Assembly (NCBI GenBank): GCA_049591635.1 | Contig: JBAWFF010000408.1 | Location: forward strand, 1-51,386 | Direction: 5' to 3' | DNA from: Acetobacteraceae bacterium | Lineage (GTDB): Bacteria > Pseudomonadota > Alphaproteobacteria > Acetobacterales > Acetobacteraceae | Length of the DNA: 51,386 bases | Shown here: positions 35,557-46,425 of the stretch, piece by piece | Position numbering within the stretch: position 1 is the stretch's first letter | How the letters are laid out: every line of letters begins with the position of its first letter | Translations under genes and position numbers: made by a program | The notes under the pieces: generated by a model | Told to the model about the DNA's origin: nothing | The model's input: the letters and a program-made list of their open reading frames with translations, nothing else | The model's database searches: none

Positions 35557-35886
35557 TCATTTCACCGAGGAGAACGACGTCGGCTGCAACATCTCATTGC
35601 TGACGCGCGCGACAATGGCGCCGTTCGCCTCGGTCTTCGCGCGCGCCGATAGCCAGTCTGGATCGGCGCCGAAGGCGTTCCACTTCTTCTCGCGATCGGC
35701 GAGGGAATCCCATTGCAGGAGGTAGTACAGCCGCTGGTTGTTCTTGCCGATCAGCGTGGTCCAGAAGCCGGCCTGCTTGATGCCGTGCTTCTCCCACAGC
35801 TTGAGCGTGATGGTGTCGAACCGCTTGAGCAGATCCGGCAGCCGGCCCGGCACGCAGTCGTAGATGCGCAGTTCATGGATCATCAC
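35557..35886 (-). CDS. NIPSNAP family protein
   Basis: MIHELRIYDCVPGRLPDLLKRF....LWEKHGIKQAGFW........YYLLQWDSLADREKKWNAF is the NIPSNAP dimeric alpha-beta-barrel pattern. Confidence 0.8.
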   Translation of the reverse strand: MMIHELRIYDCVPGRLPDLLKRFDTITLKLWEKHGIKQAGFWTTLIGKNNQRLYYLLQWDSLADREKKWNAFGADPDWLSARAKTEANGAIVARVSNEMLQPTSFSSVK

Positions 35887-35911
35887 GGTTCCTCTCGTTG
35901 AACGACGAAGG

Positions 35912-36604
35912 CTAGAACCGTTCCACCCAGGGCCGCAACTCGACCTCCGACGTCCACGCGCTACGGGGCTGGTTCATCACCTGCCAATAGGTCTCGGCGA
36001 TGGCGTCGGGATCGAGCATGGAATCCGGCGCGTCCGCCGGCTCGGTACGCCCCGGATTACGAATCCCGCCGTCGATGACGAAGTGCGCGATGTGGACGCC
36101 CTTCGGCTGCAACTCGCGCGCCATGCTCTGGGCGAGGCCGCGTAGCGCGAACTTGCCCATCGCGAACGGCGCCGAGAGCGGATAGCCCTTCACCGAGGCC
36201 GAGGCGCCGGTGAAAAGGATCGTGCCCCGCCCGGCCGGCACCATCAGTCTCGCCGCCTGCTGGCCAACCAGGAAACCGCCGAACGCCGACACCGCGATGG
36301 CGCGCGCCACCTCCTCTGGAATGAGATCGACCAATGGACCGCGAGCGCGAGCGCTCGCGTTGTAGATCACCACGTCCGGTTCGCCGAGCGAGGCGACGAC
36401 GGCGTCGAATAGCCCGGCGACCTCCTCCGGCTCCGTGGCCTCGCAGGCGAACGAGGCGGCGCCGGTCTCGGCACACAACGCGGCGAGCCTGTCGGGATTG
36501 CGGGCGGCCAGTGCCACCTGGAGGTTGTTGCGCGACAGCAACCGCGCGAGCGAGGCCGACAGCCCGCTGCCGGCGCCGACGATGAGGGCGAGACGATAGT
36601 CCAT
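35912..36604 (-). CDS. SDR family NAD(P)-dependent oxidoreductase
   Basis: LALIVGAGSGLSASLARLL (glycine-rich motif), NASA, and a catalytic S...GKFALRGL region. Confidence 0.8.
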   Translation of the reverse strand: MDYRLALIVGAGSGLSASLARLLSRNNLQVALAARNPDRLAALCAETGAASFACEATEPEEVAGLFDAVVASLGEPDVVIYNASARARGPLVDLIPEEVARAIAVSAFGGFLVGQQAARLMVPAGRGTILFTGASASVKGYPLSAPFAMGKFALRGLAQSMARELQPKGVHIAHFVIDGGIRNPGRTEPADAPDSMLDPDAIAETYWQVMNQPRSAWTSEVELRPWVERF

Positions 36605-36699
36605 GACGGCGCGCTCCCTGCTATAGGGCGATCAAAGCACGCCTGAACGCCCGCCAGAAGTGACCGGACAGTGCGCGCCCAACACGGAGGTTCGTTCCC

Positions 36700-38349
<1,650 letters not shown>

Positions 38350-38354
38350 CTAGA

Positions 38355-38380
38355 CGCGGGATACCCGCGCATTCATTTTC
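38355..38380 (+). terminator. Weak candidate intrinsic terminator after the acyl-CoA ligase gene
   Basis: CGCGGG-ATA-CCCGCG stem-loop followed by CATTCATTTTCC. Confidence 0.35.
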
Positions 38381-38428
38381 CTGAAAGCTGTTGCGTGCGA
38401 GGATGGGCCGGGTCGACGGCGGAAATGG

Positions 38429-39286
38429 ATGCGGAAGAATAATATAGGCTCGTTGGCCCGGTTCTCGGAGGAGCTTGCGGCAATCGTCAGGGACGCCGCC
38501 CCCGTCATGGGCGCGGTCCGCCTCGGCTCCGGCCACGGCCACGTCAGCGGATTCATCTGGAAACCGGGGCTTCTCGTGACCTCGGGGCGGGCGACCGGTA
38601 AGCATGGCGTCGTGCTGGCCGATGGTCTGTCGGTCCGTGCCCAGCCCGTCGACGGGTCCGAGGATGGCCGCGTCACCGCGTTCCGGGTGCCCATGCCGAG
38701 CTCTGAACCCACGCCCCTTCGCCAGGGCGAAAATCCGATCCGTACCGGGGCGCTCGTGGTGGCCCTCGGCGCCGCTTCGGATGCCAGCCCCACGGCGCGG
38801 CTGATGATGGTGTGTCGGGCAGGAACGGATGGCGTGCGGCTGGACGGTCCGCTCGACATGGCGGCGGAGGGTGGTCCCGTGCTCGATGCGGAGGGCCGGC
38901 TGCTGGGCATGGCCGCCGCCGCCGACGGCGGCTGTGCGTTGCTGGAGGTCGCCGCGATCGAGCGCGCGCTCGCGATCCCGCGTCCGGGTTGGATCGGCGT
39001 CGCGTTCCAGCCGACTCTCGTTCCGCTGGAGCTGCGAGAGGAGGCGGGGCAGGATTCCGCCCGGCTTGTCGTGCGCGTGGCCCGTGGCGGCCCAGCCGAT
39101 GGCGCCGGGCTTGCCGTGGGCGATATCGTGCTGACACTCGATGGGGTCGGCATGACCGGAACGGGCACGCTGCGGGGCTTCCTCGCCAGGGCACGGCCAG
39201 GACGAGAGGTCACGGCGCGCCTGGTGCGTGGCGGGCGCATCGAGACGACGAGATTGATCGTGCGGGCCGATCCCAATCCGCCCTGA
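38429..39286 (+). CDS. Trypsin-like (S1C/HtrA-type) domain plus PDZ domain protein, catalytic triad apparently degenerate
   Basis: The HtrA-like order is kept (VSGFIW...LLVTSGRA ... VTAFRV ... AAEGGPVLDAEGRLLGM, then the PDZ GLAVGDIVLTLDGVGM). However, the GNSGGP serine box reads AAEGGP and the TNxHV histidine box reads TSGRA. Confidence 0.7.
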   Translation: MRKNNIGSLARFSEELAAIVRDAAPVMGAVRLGSGHGHVSGFIWKPGLLVTSGRATGKHGVVLADGLSVRAQPVDGSEDGRVTAFRVPMPSSEPTPLRQGENPIRTGALVVALGAASDASPTARLMMVCRAGTDGVRLDGPLDMAAEGGPVLDAEGRLLGMAAAADGGCALLEVAAIERALAIPRPGWIGVAFQPTLVPLELREEAGQDSARLVVRVARGGPADGAGLAVGDIVLTLDGVGMTGTGTLRGFLARARPGREVTARLVRGGRIETTRLIVRADPNPP

Positions 39287-39355
39287 CGGCAGGCGGTCTG
39301 GCGCGGGAAGGCGTGCGAGGCCTATATCGGTCGCCACATCGAAGCCGAGGCTCCC

Positions 39356-41011
39356 ATGCCGCCGATCGACGTGAGGACTGAGCCGGGCCGCTATCGTCAC
39401 TGGCGTCTGGCGTTTGATGGGGCGCTGGCGACCCTCACGATGGACGTCGATCCGGTCGGCGGTCTGTTCGAGGGGACCGAACTGAAGCTCAACTCCTACG
39501 ACCTCGGCGTCGATATCGAGCTGGCCGACGCCGTCCAACGGCTGCGCTTCGAGCATCCGGAAGTGCGGTGCGTCGTGCTCACCTCGGGCAAGGACAACGT
39601 GTTCTGCGCCGGCGCCAACATAAGGATGCTCGGGAAAGCGTCGCACGCGCACAAGGTCAATTTCTGCAAGTTCACCAACGAGACGCGCCTCGCGATGGAG
39701 GATGCTTCGGCGTGTTCCGGCCAGCGCTATCTCGCCGCGCTTGGCGGCGCGGCGGCGGGCGGCGGGTACGAACTCGCGGAAGCGTGCGACTGGATCATGC
39801 TGATCGACGACCGCCGCTCGGCGGTGTCGCTGCCCGAAGTCGCGCTGCTCGGTGTGCTGCCCGGCACCGGCGGGCTGACCCGGCTGACCGACAAGCGACG
39901 CGTGCGTCGGGACCGTGCCGACGTGTTCTGCTCGACCGAGGAAGGCATCCGGGGCGGCCGGGCCGTTGAATGGCGCCTGGTCGATGAGGTGGTGCCACCC
40001 ACCGCGTGGCGAACGCGCGTGCGGACCCGTGCACTCGCGCTAGCGGAGGGGTCCGACCGCCCGGATGCGGGGCACGGCATCGCGCTCACGCCGCTCTCGC
40101 GCACCGTGACGGCGGATGCGATCTCCTATCCCTTGGTGCGGGTGGCGCTGGATCATGCCCGCCGACGCGCGACGATCACGCTGCTCGGCCCGGACGGAAT
40201 GCCGTCCACCGATATCGGTGCCATCCACGCGACGGGCGCCGAGTTCTATCCACTCGCGCTGTCGCGCCAGCTCGACGATGCGATCCTGCACCTGCGGTTG
40301 AACGAGCCGGCGCTCGGCCTGCTGATCCTGCGCTCCGAGGGCGATCCCGCGATGGTGCTGGCATTCGATGCGCTGCTGTCGGCGTACGCCGACGACTGGC
40401 TGGTGCGCGAAATCCGGCTGCTGTGGAAGCGCGTTCTCAAGCGGGTGGACATGACCGCGCGCAGCATGGTCGCGCTGATCGAGCCGGGATCATGCTTCGC
40501 CGGCACGCTGGCGGAACTGGTGTTCGCCGCCGATCGGTCCCTCATGCTGGCGGGGACGCGCGAGGCCGACAATCGCGGTCCGGCGACGCTAGGGCTCTCG
40601 ACGCTCAATTTCGGTGCCTATCCGATGGGCAACGGCCTCACCCGGTTGGAGACGCGGTTCCTCGGCGAGCCCGACAGCGAGGAGCGGGCACGCGAGCACA
40701 TCGGCGAGGCGCTGGACGCGACGAACGCCGAGGCGCTCGGGCTGGTCACGGCCATACCCGACGAGGTGGATTGGGACGACGAGGTGCGGTTCCTGCTCGA
40801 CGAGCGCGCCTCGTTCTCGCCCGACGCGCTTACCGGGCTCGAGGCGAATTTGCGTTTCGCCGGGCCGGAGACGATGGAGACGCGGATTTTCGGCCGGCTC
40901 AGCGCCTGGCAGAACTGGATATTCCAGCGTCCGAACGCCGCGAGCGAAGCGGGCGCGCTGAAGCGGTACGGAAGCGGCGTCCGCCCGGAATTCGATCCAG
41001 AGCGGACGTGA
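39356..41011 (+). CDS. boxC: 2,3-epoxybenzoyl-CoA dihydrolase (benzoyl-CoA-dihydrodiol lyase) BoxC
   Basis: Collinear with BoxC: YRHWRLAFDG, LKLNSYDLGVDIELADAVQRLRFEHPEVR, HAHKVNFCKFTNETR, VSLPEVALLGVLPGTGGLTRLTDKRRVRRDRAD. It is about 550 aa and sits next to boxB. Confidence 0.85.
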   Translation: MPPIDVRTEPGRYRHWRLAFDGALATLTMDVDPVGGLFEGTELKLNSYDLGVDIELADAVQRLRFEHPEVRCVVLTSGKDNVFCAGANIRMLGKASHAHKVNFCKFTNETRLAMEDASACSGQRYLAALGGAAAGGGYELAEACDWIMLIDDRRSAVSLPEVALLGVLPGTGGLTRLTDKRRVRRDRADVFCSTEEGIRGGRAVEWRLVDEVVPPTAWRTRVRTRALALAEGSDRPDAGHGIALTPLSRTVTADAISYPLVRVALDHARRRATITLLGPDGMPSTDIGAIHATGAEFYPLALSRQLDDAILHLRLNEPALGLLILRSEGDPAMVLAFDALLSAYADDWLVREIRLLWKRVLKRVDMTARSMVALIEPGSCFAGTLAELVFAADRSLMLAGTREADNRGPATLGLSTLNFGAYPMGNGLTRLETRFLGEPDSEERAREHIGEALDATNAEALGLVTAIPDEVDWDDEVRFLLDERASFSPDALTGLEANLRFAGPETMETRIFGRLSAWQNWIFQRPNAASEAGALKRYGSGVRPEFDPERT

Positions 41012-41027
41012 CCCAAGGAGGCTTGCG

Positions 41028-42479
41028 ATGCCTGACGGCATGACGGTCGACTACAGTGGGCTGATCCCGAACAACATCGACCTCAACGGTGATGCGCGCG
41101 TGCGCAAGGCGCTGGAGACCTGGCATCCCGGCTACATCGATTGGTGGAAGGCGATGGGGCCGGAGGGGTTCCAATCCAACCTCGTCTATCTGCGCACGGC
41201 CGTAGGCGTCGATCCGGCCGGCTGGGCGAAGTTCGGCTTCGTGAAGATGCCCGACTACAAATGGGGAATCCTGCTGGCGCCTGCCGTCGAGGGCCGCGCC
41301 ATTCCGTTCGGCGCGCACAAGGGCGAGCCTGCCTGGCGGGAGGTGCCGGGCGAATACCGCGCCATGCTGCGCCGGCTGCTGGTAATCCAGGGCGACACCG
41401 AGCCCGCCTCGGTGGAGCAACAGCGCCATCTCGGCGCCACCGCGCCCTCGCTCTACGACATGCGGAACCTGTTCCAGGTGAACGTAGAGGAGGGCCGCCA
41501 TCTCTGGGCGATGGTCTATCTGCTCCAGAAGTATTTCGGCCGTGACGGGCGCGAGGAGGCAGAGGAACTGCTGCGCCGCCGCTCCGGCGATGCCGACAGT
41601 CCGCGGATGCTCGGCGCCTTCAACGAGGTGACGCCGGATTGGCTGAGCTTCTTCATGTTCACCACCTTCACCGATCGCGACGGCAAGATGCAGCTGGCGG
41701 CGCTCGCGCAGTCAGGTTTCGACCCGCTCAGTCGTACATGCCGCTTCATGCTCACCGAGGAAGCCCATCACATGTTCGTGGGTGAAACCGGGGTCGGGCG
41801 GATCATCGAGCGTACCTGCCAGGCGATGCGCGAAGCCGGCATCGAGGATCCGCACGACGTGGAGGCGGTACGCGGACTGGGGGTGATCGACCTCCCGATG
41901 ATCCAGCGCAAGATCAACCTGCACGCCTCGCTGACGCTGGACCTGTTCGGCAACGAGATCAGCACCAACGCCGCGAACGCCTTCAATTCCGGACTGAAGG
42001 GACGCTACCGCGAGGACAAGCTGACCGACGATCACTTGCTGGCCGGCGACACCTATCCGGTGCTGCGCCCGCGCGGCGGCGTGATCGTGAGCGAGGACGT
42101 CGCGGCGCTGTCGTCGCTGAACATGCGCCTGCGCGACGACTTCGTCGCCGATGCCAGCGGCGGCGTCGGGCGGTGGAACCGCATCATCGAGAAGGCCGGC
42201 ATCGCATTCCGGCTGCGCTTGCCGCACGTCGCCTTCAACCGCCGGATCGGGGAGTTCGCCTCGATCCACGCCGATCCCGAGGGAACCGTGCTCGACGCAG
42301 CCGCGTGGGAGCATCGGCGCGCGGAATTTCTGCCCTCCGCCGAGGACGGCGCATTCATCCAGCGCCTGATGCGGCCGGTCCACGAGACCGGTGGCTTCGC
42401 GTCATGGATCGCGCCGCCGAAGGCGGGGATCGACGGCAAGCCGGGTGATTTCGAGTACGTGCGCCTCCACGATTCCTGA
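41028..42479 (+). CDS. boxB: Benzoyl-CoA 2,3-epoxidase (oxygenase component) BoxB, di-iron enzyme
   Basis: AAGGAGG RBS. The N-terminus IPNNIDLNGDARVRKALETWHPGYIDWWKAMGPEGF is BoxB-like. The di-iron ExxH motifs are NVEEGRHLWAM and LTEEAHHMFVG. Confidence 0.85.
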   Translation: MPDGMTVDYSGLIPNNIDLNGDARVRKALETWHPGYIDWWKAMGPEGFQSNLVYLRTAVGVDPAGWAKFGFVKMPDYKWGILLAPAVEGRAIPFGAHKGEPAWREVPGEYRAMLRRLLVIQGDTEPASVEQQRHLGATAPSLYDMRNLFQVNVEEGRHLWAMVYLLQKYFGRDGREEAEELLRRRSGDADSPRMLGAFNEVTPDWLSFFMFTTFTDRDGKMQLAALAQSGFDPLSRTCRFMLTEEAHHMFVGETGVGRIIERTCQAMREAGIEDPHDVEAVRGLGVIDLPMIQRKINLHASLTLDLFGNEISTNAANAFNSGLKGRYREDKLTDDHLLAGDTYPVLRPRGGVIVSEDVAALSSLNMRLRDDFVADASGGVGRWNRIIEKAGIAFRLRLPHVAFNRRIGEFASIHADPEGTVLDAAAWEHRRAEFLPSAEDGAFIQRLMRPVHETGGFASWIAPPKAGIDGKPGDFEYVRLHDS

Positions 42480-42485
42480 GCCGCG

Positions 42486-43616
42486 TCAGGCCCCGAACTC
42501 TTCCCTGATCGCCGCCGACTGCTCGCCGATAGCGGGAACCGGCCCCAGTGCCCGCGTGCCGTCGGAGGCTTGCACGGGTGGTGCCGCGATCGAGACGGGG
42601 CCGTTCGGCGTCGCGACGATGGCCCGGCGCAGCGACGGATGATGGGAGAAGGCGGCGACGTCGTTGACGAACCCGAAGGCGGTGTTGGCGGCGCGCAGGC
42701 GGGCGGCCGCCACGTCACGGGTCAGGGTGGCGAACACCGAGGCGATGTGGCCGTCCACCATCGCGCGGTTGGCCACGCGGGTCACGTTGGTCTCGAATCC
42801 TGGCCGCTTCGGCAGGTCGGGTTCGCCCAGGAAACCGGCGCAGAAACTCGCCCACTCGCGTTCGTTCTGGATCGCGATCAGCACCAGCGCGCCGTCGGCG
42901 AGCGGGAATGCCCCGTAGGGGCAGATCGAGGGATGCGCGAGGCCCATGCGCGCCGGTGCCTTGCCGGTGCCTTCGTAGAACAGCAGGGGTACGTTCATCC
43001 AGTCGGCCATGCCGTCGAACAGGCTGACCGCGAGGCCCTTGCCGCGCCCGGTGATGCCGCGCTCGATCAGCGCCTCCAGGATGCCGGCATGGGCCGCCAT
43101 GCCGCAGGCGATGTCGCAGGCCGAGACGCCCACGCGGCCCGGACCGGCGGGGTCGCCGGTGACCATCGCCAGGCCCGATTCGGCTTGCACGAGCAGGTCG
43201 TACGCCTTCATCGTGGCGTACGGGCCGCTCTCGCCGTAGCCGGAGATGTCGACGGTGATGAGGCGCGGATGGCGCGCGCGCAGTTCCTCCGAGCCGAAAC
43301 CCGAGCGCGCGGCGGCACCGGGCGCGAGGTTCTGAATGAACACGTCGGCCCGTTGCAAAATGCGATGCAGCAGCGCCGCGTCGGCCGCGTCCTTGATATC
43401 GGAGACCAAGCTTTGCTTGCCCCGATTGAGCCAGACGAAATAGCTCGATTGCCCGCGCGCGGCGGCGTCGTAACCGCGCGCGAAATCGCCATCCGCGCGC
43501 TCCACCTTGATGACCCGCGCGCCGGCATCGGCGAGCCGCGAGCTGGCGTACGGCGCGGCGACCGCCTGTTCGAGCGACAGGACGAGCAGGCCGTCGAGCG
43601 GTTTCGAGGCGGGCAT
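42486..43616 (-). CDS. Family III CoA-transferase (CaiB/BaiF family)
   Basis: ATG 43616 has AAGGAG upstream. PLDGLLVLSLEQAVAAPYASSRLADAGARVIKVE is the typical family-III N-terminus. Confidence 0.85.
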   Translation of the reverse strand: MPASKPLDGLLVLSLEQAVAAPYASSRLADAGARVIKVERADGDFARGYDAAARGQSSYFVWLNRGKQSLVSDIKDAADAALLHRILQRADVFIQNLAPGAAARSGFGSEELRARHPRLITVDISGYGESGPYATMKAYDLLVQAESGLAMVTGDPAGPGRVGVSACDIACGMAAHAGILEALIERGITGRGKGLAVSLFDGMADWMNVPLLFYEGTGKAPARMGLAHPSICPYGAFPLADGALVLIAIQNEREWASFCAGFLGEPDLPKRPGFETNVTRVANRAMVDGHIASVFATLTRDVAAARLRAANTAFGFVNDVAAFSHHPSLRRAIVATPNGPVSIAAPPVQASDGTRALGPVPAIGEQSAAIREEFGA

Positions 43617-43778
43617 GACAGGGCTCCTTGCGACAAGGCAGATTGCCCGAGGCATTGGAGCCACGGAAGCATGAGCGGCCGCCACATCAAACAGCAATTC
43701 ATTACGCCATCCGGGTGATGTGGGCCCTGAGACGAAATATCCCTTTGTAAGGAAGAGTTACACGCTGCCGCAGCGGAG

Positions 43779-45131
43779 TTGTTCCGGCCACGAAGATGCG
43801 TTTACCATGACCTCAAATCGAGGCTGTATCGCGTGCGATTCTTGCGTTCGGCGTGCAAAGAGATTTGCTTACTGCGCCATATCCTTTTTGACCTCCGATC
43901 GTATGTCCTGGCGAAGCTCGCCTTGGTCGTGGGTTTCAGTTACCTTTTTGTCCCCCTCGACATCATTCCGGATCGGATTCCATACTTCGGCCACGTCGAC
44001 GAAGCGACATCCATTATTTCCGGCTTCCTGATCGCCCGACTCCTCGCCCAGCCCCCCGATCACGACCATGACCTGGACGAGGTGCTGGCGCCGTCGGTCG
44101 CTCGCCACTCGGCGCCCGTCGGCGGCCGCAGTCGGACGCCGCGCCTGTTCCTCCTGTTGGGCTATCGGGGCTGGTGGATCATCAATGCGCCCCTCGCGCG
44201 ACGGCGATCGACCCTGCGTGGGTTGGTTGTGATGGGCGGCGCGGCCCGGAGCGGGACGACGTTGTTGCGCGGCACCATGGGACGCCATCCGCTGATCGCC
44301 AGCCTGCCGGAGACGACGGTCTTCCTCCATCGGATCACCTCCGCCCGCCACCTTGGCCAACGCCTGGGCTGGAATCCCATTCTGATCGAGCAATGGCAGG
44401 CGCGGGGCCGCTCGCAGGTGGAATTCATCGAGCGGTTCCATCGCGCGGTCCTCGCGGAGTTCGGCCGGCCGATCTGGCTTGAGAAGACGCCGGCGAACGT
44501 GTTGCGGTTCGGCTTCGTGCGGCGGAGCTTTCCACAAGCGAAGCTCGTTCACATCATCCGTGATGGACGAGACGTCGTCTCCTCGCTCCGATGGAAGCCC
44601 TGGGCGAAGATTCCCAGGGATATTCCGCGCGCATCGCCGGAGGCAGCGCGGCGCTGCGGTGTGCTGTGGGCGAGGTCGGTGCGGGCCGGCTTGGCGCACC
44701 GATCCGACAAAGCGTATTTTGAACTGAAGTACGAGGATTTGGTGGCCGACCCCGAGGCGGTTCTGCGGCGTCTGCTCGACTTCCTCGATATCCCGTGGAG
44801 CGGCCGGCTGCTGGCGACAGCCGCTGCCCCGTATGGATTTTCTCAGCGCCTGCACGCCGCCTCGGATGACTGGCCGGATGATGTCAGGGAATCCTTCCAC
44901 CAGGACGAGATCGCCGCTGACGGCGAGGTGTTTCGGGATTCGGTCGGGCGCTGGCGCGATGACCTGTCGCGCGCCGATGCCGTGGCCTTGCAACCAGTGA
45001 TCGGCGATCTGCTTATCGAACTGGGCTACGAGAGCGATCGCTCCTGGGCGAGCGTCCATCGGGCGCAACCCCTCAAGCGAGGGACCCGAGCCGCACTTGA
45101 GAAGCCTATGACATTAAGCCCCCGTCAGTAG
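43779..45131 (+). CDS. DUF1232 (YkvA-like membrane domain) fused to a sulfotransferase domain
   Basis: The N-terminal LALVVGFSYLFVPLDIIPDRIPYFGHVDE matches the DUF1232 motif. The sulfotransferase 5'-PSB motif is GGAARSGTTLL and the 3'-PB-like motif is IIRDGRDVVSSL. The start is uncertain (TTG 43779 or GTG 43833; no in-frame ATG). The 5' part has visibly low G+C. Confidence 0.65.
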   Translation: MFRPRRCVYHDLKSRLYRVRFLRSACKEICLLRHILFDLRSYVLAKLALVVGFSYLFVPLDIIPDRIPYFGHVDEATSIISGFLIARLLAQPPDHDHDLDEVLAPSVARHSAPVGGRSRTPRLFLLLGYRGWWIINAPLARRRSTLRGLVVMGGAARSGTTLLRGTMGRHPLIASLPETTVFLHRITSARHLGQRLGWNPILIEQWQARGRSQVEFIERFHRAVLAEFGRPIWLEKTPANVLRFGFVRRSFPQAKLVHIIRDGRDVVSSLRWKPWAKIPRDIPRASPEAARRCGVLWARSVRAGLAHRSDKAYFELKYEDLVADPEAVLRRLLDFLDIPWSGRLLATAAAPYGFSQRLHAASDDWPDDVRESFHQDEIAADGEVFRDSVGRWRDDLSRADAVALQPVIGDLLIELGYESDRSWASVHRAQPLKRGTRAALEKPMTLSPRQ

Positions 45132-46291
45132 CTCCGTGGCAAGCCGAGGACGTGTTCGGCGACATAGGACAGGATCAGGTTGGTGCTGATGGGAGCCACC
45201 TGATAGAGCCGGGTCTCGCGGAATTTGCGCTCGACGTCGTACTCCTCGGCGAAGCCGAAGCCGCCATGCGTCTGGATGCAGGCCTCCCCGGCCTCCCAGG
45301 ATGCCTCGGCGGCGAGCATCTTGGCCATGTTCGCCTCCTCACCGCACGGCAGGCCGGCGGCGAACTTGCGGCACCCCTCGTGGACCAGCAGTTCAGCGGC
45401 GCGCATCTGGGCGTAGGCCCGCGCGATCGGGAACTGCACGCCCTGGTTCTGCCCGATCGGGCGGTTGAACACCCGCCGGTCGCGCGCATAGGCCACCGAG
45501 CGCTGGGTGAACCATTTGGCGTCGCCGATGCACTCGGCCGCGATCAGCAGCCGTTCGGCGTTCATGCCGTCGAGGATGTAGCGGAACCCCTTGCCCTCCT
45601 CGCCGACGAGGTTTTCCGCCGGGACCACCACATCCTCGAAGAATATCTCCGTGGAATTGTGGTTCATCATGGTGCGGATCGGGCGGATGGTCATGCCGTG
45701 GCCGACCGCCTCGCGCATGTCGACGATGAAGGTCGACAGGCCCTGCGTGCGCGACTTCGCCTGCTCGCGCGGGGTGGTGCGCGCCAGCAGCAGCATGAGG
45801 TCGGAGTGTTCGGCGCGGCTGGTCCACACCTTCTGTCCGTTAACGATATAGTGATCGCCCTCGCGGCGGGCGAACGTCCGCAAACTGGTGGTGTCGGTGC
45901 CGCTGGTCGGCTCGGTCACGCCGAACGCCTGCAAGCGCAGGGTACCGGTGGCGATCTTCGGCAGGTAGGCTTGTTTCTGTTGCTCTGTTCCATGCCGCAG
46001 AATGGTGCCCATGATGTACATCTGCGCATGGCAGGCCGCGCCATTGCAGCCCTGCGCCTGGATCGTTTCGAGGATCGCCGCGGCACCGGACAACGGCAGG
46101 CCAGCGCCGCCGTACTCCTCGGGGATGAGCGCGGCGAGGTATCCACCCTCGGTCAAGGCGGCGACGAAGGCGCTCGGGTAGGCGCGCTCGCGGTCGAGGT
46201 CGCGCCAGTATTCGCCCGGGAAGCGGGCGCACAGCTTGGCGACCTCGGCCCGGATTTCGGCATGCTCGGAATCCGCGGCATCTTGGTCCAT
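45125..46291 (-). CDS. Acyl-CoA dehydrogenase
   Basis: ACAD pattern throughout (GAGL..., TEPTSGTDT, QFPIA..., catalytic region HGGFGFAEEYDVERKFRE). Confidence 0.9.
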   Translation of the reverse strand: MDQDAADSEHAEIRAEVAKLCARFPGEYWRDLDRERAYPSAFVAALTEGGYLAALIPEEYGGAGLPLSGAAAILETIQAQGCNGAACHAQMYIMGTILRHGTEQQKQAYLPKIATGTLRLQAFGVTEPTSGTDTTSLRTFARREGDHYIVNGQKVWTSRAEHSDLMLLLARTTPREQAKSRTQGLSTFIVDMREAVGHGMTIRPIRTMMNHNSTEIFFEDVVVPAENLVGEEGKGFRYILDGMNAERLLIAAECIGDAKWFTQRSVAYARDRRVFNRPIGQNQGVQFPIARAYAQMRAAELLVHEGCRKFAAGLPCGEEANMAKMLAAEASWEAGEACIQTHGGFGFAEEYDVERKFRETRLYQVAPISTNLILSYVAEHVLGLPRSY

Positions 46292-46425
46292 AATGGGCTC
46301 CTTCGGCGTCGGGATAGGCCGGGCGTGGTGGGAAGGCTAGATGGCTCACACGTCCGCATGAGCATGAACCTAGAGGACCTCGCCCGGCGTTAGGAGGGAA
46401 CCTGCATCGTGGACAGGAGCCAAAC

